Part shown: positions 40,191 to 52,289 of the stretch, in pieces
How positions within the stretch are numbered: the stretch's first letter is position 1
Layout: the number at the start of each line of letters is the position of its first letter
NCBI GenBank assembly: GCA_040954595.2
Contig: CM082585.2
Coordinates: 1,952,902-2,016,901, forward strand
Direction of reading: 5' to 3'
Length of the DNA: 64,000 bases
DNA from: Balanoglossus misakiensis
Lineage: Eukaryota > Animalia > Hemichordata
The notes under the pieces: generated by a model
Seen by the model: the letters and a program-made list of their open reading frames with translations, nothing else
Told to the model about the DNA's origin: nothing
The model's database searches: none
Translations under genes and position numbers: made by a program

Positions 40191-40933
40191 TTCAGTTCTA
40201 ACAAATCTGAATCAAAGGACATGTGAAATTTGCCAAAAAATGTAACGTATTCTATACATATGGTGACTCGTATCAATAAAATGAATGTGTGCTTTAAATG
40301 AGTAGGCTAGAAATAGGAAATCTTTGTCTTTAATTAGAGTTCAGAAAGTCCAATTTGGCTCCAATAAGGTTTAACTAATCACAATACACTTGAAAACTTG
40401 ATTAGAAAAAGATTTTGGAAATGTTAAATGAGATTTTTCAACAATCCATAATGAATCCAAAGTCGCATGACCACTAACAATATTATTGAAAAAAATTGGA
40501 AGGGACAGTAAATTAGAACTTGATTGGCCATGTAGTTTTGAAAAAATGTCAACTTTAAGAGGTTATCAGAAAATCCAATATGGCCAACATGAAGAAGACA
40601 ATTAAAGGAACATGCAACATTACAGGGGCCAAAGCAGTTAGCATGGTTCCAACAGAAAGCAAACTCTGTATCTGTTGTGGATGGCTAGAAATGGTAAGCC
40701 AGAGGTCACTATGTCTATGTATAATTAACTTCTTAAAACATAGCGTATAGGAAACTGTTGTGCCATTTGGGGATTACACAGATTTTAGGTATTCACCAGA
40801 ATTAAATCGCGGGCGACATTGGCAAGCATATATGGCAAAAATATTCAAATACTATGGAAACATAAAAAAATTCACCATGCTCAATCAAGTGTTATGTGTC
40901 ACTGCAATCTTACAAGCAGCACTAAAAAAAACA

Positions 40934-41205
40934 GATTTTTGTCCAAAAACTGTCTGTAAAATACATGCGAGTATGACAAGCTAATTAGTCCAATCAGACA
41001 GAGGCATTCACTGACCTACCACCAGTTTATAATAAAATAACCGGTGGTCTCTGTAACAGCTGGACCACAACTGATTTTTGTCCAAAAACTGTCTGTAAAA
41101 TATATGCGAGTATGACAAGCTAATTAGTCCAATCAGACAGAGGCATTCACTGACCTACCACCAGTTTATAATAAAATAGCCGGTGGTCTCTGTAACAGCT
41201 GGACC
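40934..41205. repeat. ~140-bp tandem duplication inside a probable HINE-like element starting at ~40738
   Basis: GATTTTTGTCCAAAAACTGTCTG...ACAGCTGGACC occurs twice. 40740 begins TAGCGTATAGGAAACTGTTGTGCCATTTGGGGATT, resembling the end at 33723. Confidence 0.7.
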
Positions 41206-44200
41206 GGTAAAATTATATAAGGCTGTTTATTTTACTGATAAAAAATTTTATAGGTCTTTGTAGGTTATAATAAAGAAAATTATCAAAATCGGTTCACCAG
41301 TTTTCAAGGTACAAAAGCATCAAAAAATACTGATATTCTCAAGTATCTTCAACATTTTTCAAAAAATTATGCACGATTCACAGAAGAATACTTCTTTCAG
41401 TTTTACAGGAGATCATCTAAACTTGTAAAGAAAATCTCTCTATTTTTTGCATGGCACCATGGGAAATATGAAATTTTGCAATGTTTGATGTTCCGTGTCT
41501 CAATCATAGTTGATCTAATTGTAACGAAATTTTCAGAATATATTACAATATATGTGCAGATACAGATAGTGACTTCAGTTTTTGATATCTGGATTACAAT
41601 TTAAATTCCCAGGCGCTCAAAAAAGGAAAAACCTAGCATTTTACCATTGCAAATGGGCGGCCATATTGGATTGATATTTCATTAGATGGCAATATCTGTT
41701 TATACACTGCAATTTGCTGAAAATCAGTTCAATCACTGTAGTGAGTGGAAATATTTAAATTCTTGTGTATTTTGAGCAATAATACTACTACCAAAAATAT
41801 TTTATACAGTTACTTCTGGACAGCAAAAATTGCCATCATTCAAGTCAAACTCTCAGATCGGCCCTTTTGCTTGCCTGTGTTGGGCAGATATCAAAAGTGG
41901 AGAAAGTTGGATAGTGTAATGTCTACATGTATTTGTACTATCCTTGTAGTCTATTAACATTTACACGATTTTCATATTAATTTTGGTATGATATGCATGG
42001 AAAGACTGGCTGGCTATAAATCATAAAACTGAACGTCCTTGCACCATACAGTTTTTACTGCATACACATGTAGTTTAAGCAAACTGTGTATTTCATGTAT
42101 TCCACTTTTCTGCCTTCCTTGCTGGCTTTCTCCATTTATTTTCTTACTGTTTCTTTGTAACATTACTGATTTTTTTTTCTGGTAATTCAATTTCTGGCTG
42201 AAATAAATGTACTAGAGCTGGTAAGGTTTCCTGAACATTAATCCCTGTATCTTGAAGGCAGGTGTGCAAGTTCATATAAAGTTCATTGGTTAAAGGAATA
42301 TTATGAGCTGATAAATCTTCTAAGCTCTTCTTTCTGGCTAGAAGGTCTGCTATATTATCGAATACTCTTTATGCTACTTCCATAATGTTGCCTGTGCAAA
42401 TTAACAATCAAAATACCCACTTGCTAGACAATTGTAAGACAAACATTTTTGTTGGGTAATTACAGAATAATTATTTTAATTCCATGCATACTCTACCTAA
42501 ACACAAATTAGAATATATAACTGAAATTATAATTATACACAGGTCTATGAAATGCAAAGAAAATGTATTTCTAGGAAAGAACACCCATGGGCATTCAGCT
42601 CTAAGCAGATAACATCAGTCACTTTGAAGACATGTCACTTCCCAGACTTGACTAAACAAACTTCCAACCCTGAAGTGAAACGCATCTCCGAGTTGCATAC
42701 ACAATATGATCATATAATGTTAGATATTTATCATGGTTTAAGTGAAAACAAATTAGGAGATGTAAACACCCCTGCCATTTATTCAGTGCCATATAATGTT
42801 GCCATTATGCACATATTGACTCTAGCCACTTTCCCAGTGGGAGGAAAAAGACTTTAATGGACACCAAGCGGGAAGAAACGAAAGTTACTAAGTTTTTGGC
42901 ATTTCATTTTTATTTGTGAGATCGAGAAATTAAAATATGACAAGTTTAGAAAATAATCAGATTACACAGTATGTCCCAGTTCGTATGGCGGCCATATTGG
43001 ATTCTGAACTCTCTAGTGATATAAACATATAGTGTACTTGGCGAGTCTCAGTATAGGGAAATCAACACAATCAGACAAAACTTGGGTTACCCATTGCAAT
43101 AATACTATCAAATTTCAAAGCAATCCCATATGCAGTTTCAGAAAAATCAGTATTTTCACCAAAATTGTACAATATCTTACGTCAATCGCTTCAGGGAACA
43201 TGCCTACCAAAGCTCAAGGCAATCTGACAATCAGTTTGAAAGAAAATAATTTTTAATGAAAAATTCCAAAACTATCACACACAAAACGCAAATATGCATA
43301 TTTCAAGTATTTTTCTAAAACATCTCACTTAATTATTCCCAAGGAACAACCCTGCAAAATTTGAAAGCAATCTGACAAGCAGTTTTAGATAAAACAATTT
43401 TTGACCAAAAAAGACAAAAAATTCTACAAAATTATAAATATGCACATTTTTCATCAACCAGGTTTTCATCAAATGGGACCATATATCCAAATGTATGCTT
43501 CAAAGCAACACGACTCTCAGAGAAAAAAATGCTTGTCACCCTGGTCAAAAATTTGGTTTTACTAAAACATCAAATCGGTTATCTCTCAAAGCTAAAAGGG
43601 TTATCACCAAACAGATTACAATTTTCTTTACTTGTGGTGGTTTTGGTTTTATCGGTTTGCCCAATAAAAATTAGGATAATTGTTTAAGTATGCCAACAGT
43701 GAGGTGGAAATCACACCAGAAAAGCGAAAATACGCCAACAACATGTAAACAGTAAAATGTTACGAAAAAACAAACAGAAAAGCGAAAATACACCAACCAC
43801 GTTTAAACCGTAAAATAAAAAAAAAATGCAAACACTGGCTCTACGTGCGCTTAGGCAAGAGGCCTAGCAATAAAATTCTCACAGAGTATAACCCTATAAA
43901 TATGTCTAGACTTTCTCGATTATGACCTCAGGGTCAGCAGCGAAGCCATACACAGAATGGCCGAGAGGCATGGCTAGCTGCACGCCCGTAGCTCGGATTT
44001 TTTTCTGGAATAAGACCTACTTCTGTTCAACTACAAGGTGTTGAACGGATAGCTGCAAATCACCTAATACCAGACTAAACAATCGAGCGACGGTAACGTA
44101 GCTACATAGGCTATGGTACTAAAAGCAATGACTGGATTATGAGCCTACCGAAAAGACGTCTTGATCCCGCGGCAGTAAGAAGGAAAGTGGTCGAAACCCG

Positions 44201-45589
44201 GCGTCGCACACCGGAAACGGGTCAATGATCACCTGTTGTTATGGAGAGTGGGACTTGTTACCCAATCACAGACCATAGTTAGCATTACGACACACTAATG
44301 AATATGCATACATGCTATAGCTGCATATTTTATTATTTTAGAACGCACTGGAACATGCTCGCATTCGAAGGAATATTCCATTTGTATATGCAAATAGCAA
44401 ACCTATGTTCTCGAGTGTGAGTGCACCATTGTCTCAGGGGGGTGGCTCACGTCCCAAAGAACAGGGGGTAATTTTCTACCACAGCCGCGCATTTCAAACC
44501 GAGCAAGCAAACTGCTAACTTCCGTTGTCTGGGCAACATTTTGATGTGCGTTAAGTTTTGCACCTATTCGACTTTGAGGAAACAGACCTATAATACTTCC
44601 TAATGTGGTTCTCTTTCTGGGTCATTTTGTTGGTCCAACCACGATCCACGAGATCGTAAACTGCTTGGATTAGGGCGCGTTAGGAAGCTGCAGCTGCAGG
44701 TCAAGTCGGTGTGTGTTGTATTTAACAAACATGGTGAATGTGTTCGGCACAGCAACATGCTCGCTCTACCCACAGCCACTGTACCGTACTGTCGATCGTT
44801 TCCATGTCTGTTTCACGCTCGCTCTTTATAATGCCCTTATCACGCCTCCCATATTGTGTTCATGATATGACAGTCCCACTAATCTGACAACACGCTCGCT
44901 TTTATTATGTCAATTTGTCCCGTTCGCTAGCACTGCGTTCAGGCCTGCATTCACCATTAACAGACTATCCCATTCGCCAACTTTACTGAACTACAAAGTG
45001 AAGAACCAGTTTGCGTCTTGGCCGAAACAACCGGGGTCATGGAAATTAAAGGCCGAACCGAGAAGATTAAGTGCCATTCCCGAAGTAACGACCAACCAAT
45101 GTTTACAGAGAAATCAGATGACATCAAATAGCGGAGTTCTTATCCTGTCGGGATGCGTTTACCTCGGAATCGGCGAAGTTTTTTTGTCGTCGAGTTTGAT
45201 TTCATGGACGATGCAGTCTAGTTATTTGATGATCCATAATTGATATTTTTTTTGGGGGGGGGGGTCCTGGTGTCGATAATTCGAGGCAGGAGAAGAAATG
45301 TGCCGACAGCGCAAATTGCCGTTTTTCTCGCTCTGTTTAGTCGATTTTGACAACTTCAAAAGTATTAAACTTCACTCTGCGTTGGTCGAGAGGTCTTAAA
45401 TTTTACCCATCCAACAAAACAAACGTTTGTAGTCAATAAAGTGTTCTTGGCGGGAATTAAAATTGATTCAATGCAATTCAAGTTTGAATTTGATCAAATT
45501 TTCTAAATATAGATAAATCGACAGGCCAACACTGTCCATGCACCAAAAAGAACAGCTGGTCGCGGAGATGAATTTTGTTTTTGTATATA

Positions 45590-47215
45590 ACAAAATACCC
45601 TACAAAATATAAAAGTTCCGAATTACCTATAATTTGATTCCATTATAATTCCAATACTATTAACTCAATTTTAGAGTAATACACTGGGAACTATTATTTT
45701 TCAAAATTGGAAAATATGCCCCCAAAATACAAGATATTGCCAACAAAAAGCATTGACACTTTCATCATTGGTTTTGTAAATTATCATGACAACGCACCCA
45801 GGAACCTTTAAATCAAATTTGAAAGCAATGGAGTAGAGGGTTCTGAGAAAGAGTTTTGACCAAAAATGGCAAAAATCACCCCAAAAATATAATATTAAAT
45901 TCTTCTAGTTGATTTGACAAACATACATGCAAATTTCCAAAGCAATCTATGAGCTGTTTTACATTTAAAAAATGATCAAAAAGGTAAAAATTGCTCGCAA
46001 ATTTTGCAGCAATTTAAACAAAACTTTAGTAACTCAGATCACCTATATGAAGCTCCATACTAAATTTCAAAGAGGTGGGCTGATTAATTCCAGAAAGGTA
46101 GTTTTTTTACAAAAATGTAGAAAAAGACAAACAAATGCGAAAAATAGAAAATTCAAAGTATTACCTCAAAACATACAGAATCATTATGACCAGGGGTTGC
46201 TGAGTTTCTGAGTTTTGACCAAATTAAGGTTTTTCCCAGAAAATTTGCATATTTTTGGCAATGTCAACTTCGTTTGAACAAACTCCCATCTACAACCCGG
46301 TATGCATCTACACACCAAATATCGAGGTTGTACGCGTAGCAGTCTTCAAGTTTTTGATGTGGATGGACATACTCCCATACATCCATACAGATGCAACGTA
46401 CCGATCTCATAAGGTCCCACTGGAATATACCAATACAAATGTGACATAAACACTTGACTTGCGGGCGCTGTTACTCCTCAATGAAAGCAGATAACGCGAC
46501 ACAAACTGGTCATTTTTTTCAAACTTGTGCTATAAGTAATATGTGTGACCAACTCTATGACTTAATTTTTTGTTAATGACCTAATACCAAACAAATAGAT
46601 ATGATCTAATTTAAAAAAACTGTCCCAAAACTGCCAAACACAAAAATGCAAACATCACCAAAATTATACAATATCTTACTTCGATGAGAACATGCTTACC
46701 AAAGTTCAAAGCAATCTGACAAGTGGTTTCAACAAGAAAATCACAAGTTACCTCAAGAACACAAATAAGCAAATTTCAACAAAATTTTCAAACAACTTAC
46801 AATTGCTTAACCCTGAGAACATGCCTACCAATTCCCAAAGCAATCTGACAAGCACGAGGTTTCAGAGAAAACGATTTTTGACCAAAAATTGCAAAATTTG
46901 GCTCATAATTACAAATGTGCAAACTTTGCAACAATTACACCTATAGGAAGATTTATACTAAATGTTAAAGAAATCAGCCAATTACTTTCATAGAAAATAT
47001 TTTACCATTGTGTTAAAAGACAAAACATTCATAAAAAGTAGACAATTCACGATGTTAGCTTAGAACTTATATAGCTCTATGATCTTGGCATAAGAAACAT
47101 GCATACCACTTTTCAAAGCAATCTGACCAGTAGTTCCCAGCTAACAACTGAGAACAGAATAGCCAAAATCATCACCAGCGCCTAACACTACATTTGATTT
47201 TAATCAGATGAAAAA
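45590..47215. mobile_element. Degenerate HINE-type repeat remnants (similar ones at ~43060-43870 and ~58680-59740)
   Basis: 46240-46450 matches 35005-35260, a terminal region. The motif CAAAGCAATCTGAC recurs. Confidence 0.6.
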
Positions 47216-49208
47216 GGGAAGTAAGCAGACCATTTGTTGGAGCGGCTGATCCTCACCTGAAATCAAAGAGACAGACAAAAGCACTCATTTTATCAGAATA
47301 TTTATTTTATGTATGCAAAAATCCTAACATGATATCTCTGTCTACTTGTTTATCCTGATAGGAAAATTGTTAGAATAAAAATATCAAAGATATTTCTTCC
47401 TAACGCTGCATACACTATGTACATACTCTAGCAGTCTTGAAAGTACACTGAAATGTTTGTCAAAAGCTCTTCTTAAAAACTGCATAACATACCAAACTTT
47501 CAGTACAATATAAGCAATATCCGGAAAAAAATTAAACCAACTTAGCATCTTATGCAAAATGAAAGAAATTGAGGAATCGTGTCCCCCCTTCCCTTCAGCA
47601 CTATACATGATTCTACAGCCTCAAGGTGTCATTCTTCACACAAACATAAAATGAATGGCTGAAATTCTAGAAATGTAGAAACAATGACATGTGAATATTG
47701 TTATTAAAAATGTGATTTTAATCGTTTGGCAACTATGGTCACTTCCTAATAATTGACTATATTTCTTAACATGCATCTAATAGTTTGATTCTACCATGCT
47801 TGTCACGGATTTTGCCGATCACCAAACACAAAACACAACAAAATGGTTTAACAGTTTCACAAGCCATATGCCTAAAACAGGGACATCATCAGTTCATATG
47901 TATGGCCAGTCTGGCTACAGAGGTGAACTGACTATGTATATGCATGGGATTCTTTTATATCCCTTTGGTCACGTGACCAGTTTATATATTTTCTGCTATT
48001 TCCCCAAGGGATTCATAGTCGATTCTATTTTCTTATCACCTGACGGATTCTGGCGAATCATGACACAGTGTTAGCATGAGGTATGTTATAAATACAGATA
48101 TTACATACATACCGGTATTCAAATGAACTAATGGTTCGGTCCAAATCCATTGTTTCTGTTGGAAAAGTTGGATGTCTACACAGGGAACTGGGGGTGAATG
48201 GTGAGAGTGCTAAGAAAAAAGGCTGATGGTAATTTTCCATTTTTATCTAACCTGTATACATGTGTGTGCTTAATCTTTCCCAATAATGCTGACACACAAC
48301 AAGTTAATTGTTTTACAAAACTCTCCTTGAGAGTCAAATGAAGGCACCTGATATAAGCCCAAAGACTTCATTCTTTTCCACACACCACTTTTCTCTTTTC
48401 AAAGAGCTCCATTTCAAATTGTGTACACAAACAATGTCATTGTCACTGCCCAAGCCCAAACTTTCAAATTACAATGTGACATTTCAAAACACTGTTAGAC
48501 TTCCCAATGAAACATTAACTCTGGATCGGTATCCATTCAAATTAGTGACAGCCCCGGGGTTAGATTGTTGTTAATTTTGTTATAATGGTGATATTTAATT
48601 GTTTGGCTTTAACAAAAATTATTACATGGACGTATAAACGTGTTATGTCCACACATATGCTGTGAGTTCAGCTTCAATCCAATTTCATAACAAATTATTC
48701 AACAACAAAAATAGAAAATGAACATCAAGAGCTAGTGACTTCGTGGCTTTCACATGATAAATATACATTGCCCCATGCTAGAGTGTAATATTAACATGTC
48801 TCATACAACCTACAATTCTCTGTATATAACCAAACACATTCATTATAGCTGCATTAGTTGGGTCACATAATCTGGAACCAGATAGGCTGACCTGAGCAAT
48901 CCATGTTTTTGCAAGTGTTGTATTGTCACTGTTATAGTGTGACTTCTTTGGTGTAATGCTCCAATGAACATGTGAGTTTCAATTGGATAGATAAATGACC
49001 AATAACACAAAGTCTGTGATTGGGTAATACAAATGATTGGTATACAACTGGAAGTTCTGACACTGAAAGAGCTGTCTATTGCTCTCTTCCCTGAGGGAGC
49101 GATATAGAGTAACTTTAGAGATACATTCTCCAATGATCAGGAGTTAATAAGGTATTAGTCTAGTATATAGCTGTATTTTATCTGCTTTGCTTTCAAAAAA
49201 CTATGCAT

Positions 49209-49485
49209 GCCACTGGCCCAATAAAGCATGATACCCCTTGCAGGGAATCGTGATGTAATTAGCATTACTTTGAAGTCAATCACGGACTTTGTTTTTCCAA
49301 TGATTGGTCAAAGGATACATATGTGTGATTAAGGATTGGTACCATTTTAAATTTAAATTAGCCTTGCCTTTACTATAACCTTACACACAATCGCCATTGT
49401 TCAGTTTATGTCAGTGACTTTAAGGGGGATGGTAGTTACATCACAATTCCCAGCAAGAGCTATCAGGCTTTATTGGGCCAGTGGC
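49209..49485. mobile_element. MITE with ~52-bp TIRs flanked by ATGCAT
   Basis: GCCACTGGCCCAATAAAGCATGATA...TATCAGGCTTTATTGGGCCAGTGGC. Confidence 0.85.
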
Positions 49486-49533
49486 ATGCATCACTCTTGA
49501 TGTTAGTTTTGGAAGTGGAAAAAATATGGCTAT

Positions 49534-49743
49534 ATACTGTAAAACATGAAATTTTCGCAACGGGAAATTTTCATAATATCAAATGTGGCAACTGTTATGC
49601 AACGATTAATTTTCGCATTCTCGAATTTCAATTCATCATTATTTCTGAAAAACATGTTTACGCGACTTTTTAGTTTCGTGTTTTTTTAGCACTTGCATGA
49701 TTCGGGCGAATTTATCTCTCATGAAAATTTCCCATTTTACATA
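49534..49743. mobile_element. Tc1/mariner-like MITE, degenerate
   Basis: TACTGTAAAACATGAAATTTTCGC...GAAAATTTCCCATTTTACATA. Confidence 0.55.
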
Positions 49744-50335
49744 CATCCTAAGTATCATTTTTTCACACCAGAAGACAATGCACAGTTGCTTTGTGTATGG
49801 CATACTTTGTATTACAATAGACACTGACAACTAGTTACATCCTCCCAGCATACAAATATGGTTATATTGAAATAAGGCATTATGATGGAAACAATGTAAA
49901 GCTAATGCAAGAATTAGTACAGACCGAGTATATTATGTTACTACACTGGAATAACAATTTCGTGTTATTTGATCTGTTTAAATTTTTTTTTTTAAATCAA
50001 GGAACACTGAAGAATGAGTGGAGGTGATAGCTTTGGAATGGATATGTCTGTATACAGTAAATGAGAGTGATAAATATTCCAAATCCCCAATACTTGACTG
50101 TCTGGAAAAAACCTTGAGAATTTTCTGACATTTCTTTGGGCATCTGGGTTTCATTTAGTATATAGAAGTTACAACGGTAATGAAGGCATGAACAGTCTCC
50201 TGTTCATTATAGTCAGTTTCCTGTAAGAATTTATTGATTCGGAATATCAAAAAGACTCATGTCAACAGCCAGCAGATTACTACATGATTGTTGCAGTGTT
50301 TGTTGCATGCTGGGTGCCAAGTCCATCTGAGGTAC

Positions 50336-52289
50336 CTGTGGTCGCGGCCGTGGCTGTTGTCCTAGTTACAGCTGTTGTTGTTGTTGTTGTGATAACTGTT
50401 GCTGTTGTTGTTGTTGTTGCCATGTTTGTTGTTGTGGTGGTGGAATGGTTGCTTTTGTTCCGCTGGCTTGTTGCTGCTGCTGCAGTTAAATACAAACAAA
50501 ACAGTTTTCTTTTAAAGTCACTTCACAGCAAATGGCAATGTATCAGGAGACACTTCTTTTTAATTTTCTTTACATTTGTCAATCAGACTGAAATTTAGGG
50601 CGGCATATAGTTAGTTACTGTACAATGGGAAATTGATTTAGGCTGTGTCTAAAATTGATGGTTAGTTTCAAGACCCCTGTTGACCTAATTAATTATGTAC
50701 ACTCCTAATTCTAGGCTAACCAATAGATCTAGAAGTTTAGATTTTGTAGGACATAGATCAGTTTAGGATCAAAACTTTTTGACAAAATTTTGGGTATCCA
50801 CAGCAGATAATCCTTAGCATTCTGTAGGAACCCTGGGAATTGCTTGGGCCCAGTGAACACTGCTTTCAGCTTTAATTCACCATGTTCTCAGATGCAGACA
50901 TTTTGAAGAGAATATGATTTAAATTCTAAGCAGACTTTTGTTAAAGTGTAATGTTCATCTAACACACATTTGCCAAAGCAGAGACTCTAGTTACAAAATT
51001 GTTATCTATGCCACAAGTGCTGTCTTAACAACAGACAAGGTGGCATAGTCTGTGTCATAGATTAGGAAAAGACAGCAAATTGAGTGAAAAGAAGAGACAA
51101 AACTAAATTCTTCTTATCTGGCATGCAAGAAATATAGAAGGAAGCGAAGGCAGTCCACTATATGAATGCACGCACATAAAATTGTGCAGAATATTTGGAT
51201 TGGACGTTATTTTGTACACACAAAATTAACGCATATGTGCATAAGAGTAAGATGATTGTCGTCATTTAAAACTGTCTGTCAGAGGTTATCATCAGTGCTT
51301 CCACACTGGTACCATGGAAAAACTAGAGGAATTGAAAATAAGAATGAGACAAGATTTGTTGTATTTCTTTGTCAGTAATTTAGGTCTGCTTTCCTTCCAG
51401 CTTTTCCCCCCACACTAAAACTGAACAGGTTGGACCAGTCACACCTCCCTTAATCCTATTGGTCCCAATGTTTATTTCATCAATATATCTATGGCATGCT
51501 GACTTGGACAATAATTCTGACACAAAATTGATCATGAGTGTGAACTGATTGCATAAACATTTTTCGAAAGTACTTCCTGTAAAAAGGGAGGAGGCTCCAC
51601 ACACCAGACTATTTTTGTTTATGTACATGACTTACACATGCGGGGGTTGTCAACTTGATGAAATAGCCATTCTCTAGATTTCCTATTGTTATAAGAGTGT
51701 ACATAAACATGAAAAGTAAAATCATGAATATTAATAGATGTGGTGCGTATGGCCGATTTGAGGCAAATCAGCCATACCCACCACGTCTAAATCTGTGTGG
51801 GGAAAAGTTGTCATGTTGGGCAAATAGTTCATTGAATTTATTCTGTGTGACTGTCAGGTCTTCAATACATTAAAATCATTTTGGGAATGGCACAGACCAT
51901 GTTATTTGTACCATCAAGAAAGCTCCTTTTTGAGAAAACTGATTTCATTTTTCCCCACATAACAATTCCCAGAAGTGCCACTGGTACCAGTCTTGGTTTT
52001 CAAAATATTCACTGTACACATTATTATGACAACTTACTTGTAAGAGGTGTTTTAGTTGTTGATTTGTTGATTGTATATTGGATGGCTGTGCTTGCACTGC
52101 TTGTTGTTGTTGTTGTTGTTATTGTTGGGCTCTCTCTTGTTGTAACCTTTGTAATTGCTGTTGTTGTTGATGTTGTTGTCTTAGAGCTATGAGTTGACTT
52201 TGTCTGGCATGTTGATCTTGCTGTTGTTTCAATTCAAGTTCTTTTTTCTGTGCCATCTCTAGATTCTTCTGCAGTGCTTGAATATTCCT
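50336..52289 (-). pseudogene. Two Gln-rich exons (52289-52038 and 50479 to ~50336), each with an in-frame TAA
   Basis: Canonical AG/GT sites, phase 0-0. RNIQALQKNLEMAQKKELELKQQQ...AQQ*QQQ...KHLLQ joins QQQQASGTKATIPPPQQQ...QL*LGQQPRPRPQ. Gene not recognised. Confidence 0.65.

Larger units (their letters stand above)
25905..40710. repeat. ~900-bp-unit macro-array, probably the expanded interior of a HINE-type element
   Basis: AAATCCAATATGGCC recurs at ~27271, 28168, 30867, 35523, 36557, 37911, 38814 and 40571. Uninterrupted spacings are 897-903 bp. Two unit subtypes. Confidence 0.85.

Noticed and set aside
26100-40226. Hydrophobic ORFs in the 900-bp array
   Set aside because: Repeat-derived, not conserved in frame between units, and without recognisable domains.
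50284-52192. Val-rich plus-strand ORFs and a Thr-rich mucin-like minus-strand ORF
   Set aside because: Antisense or alternative frames of CAA-rich exons; splice phases support the Gln frame.
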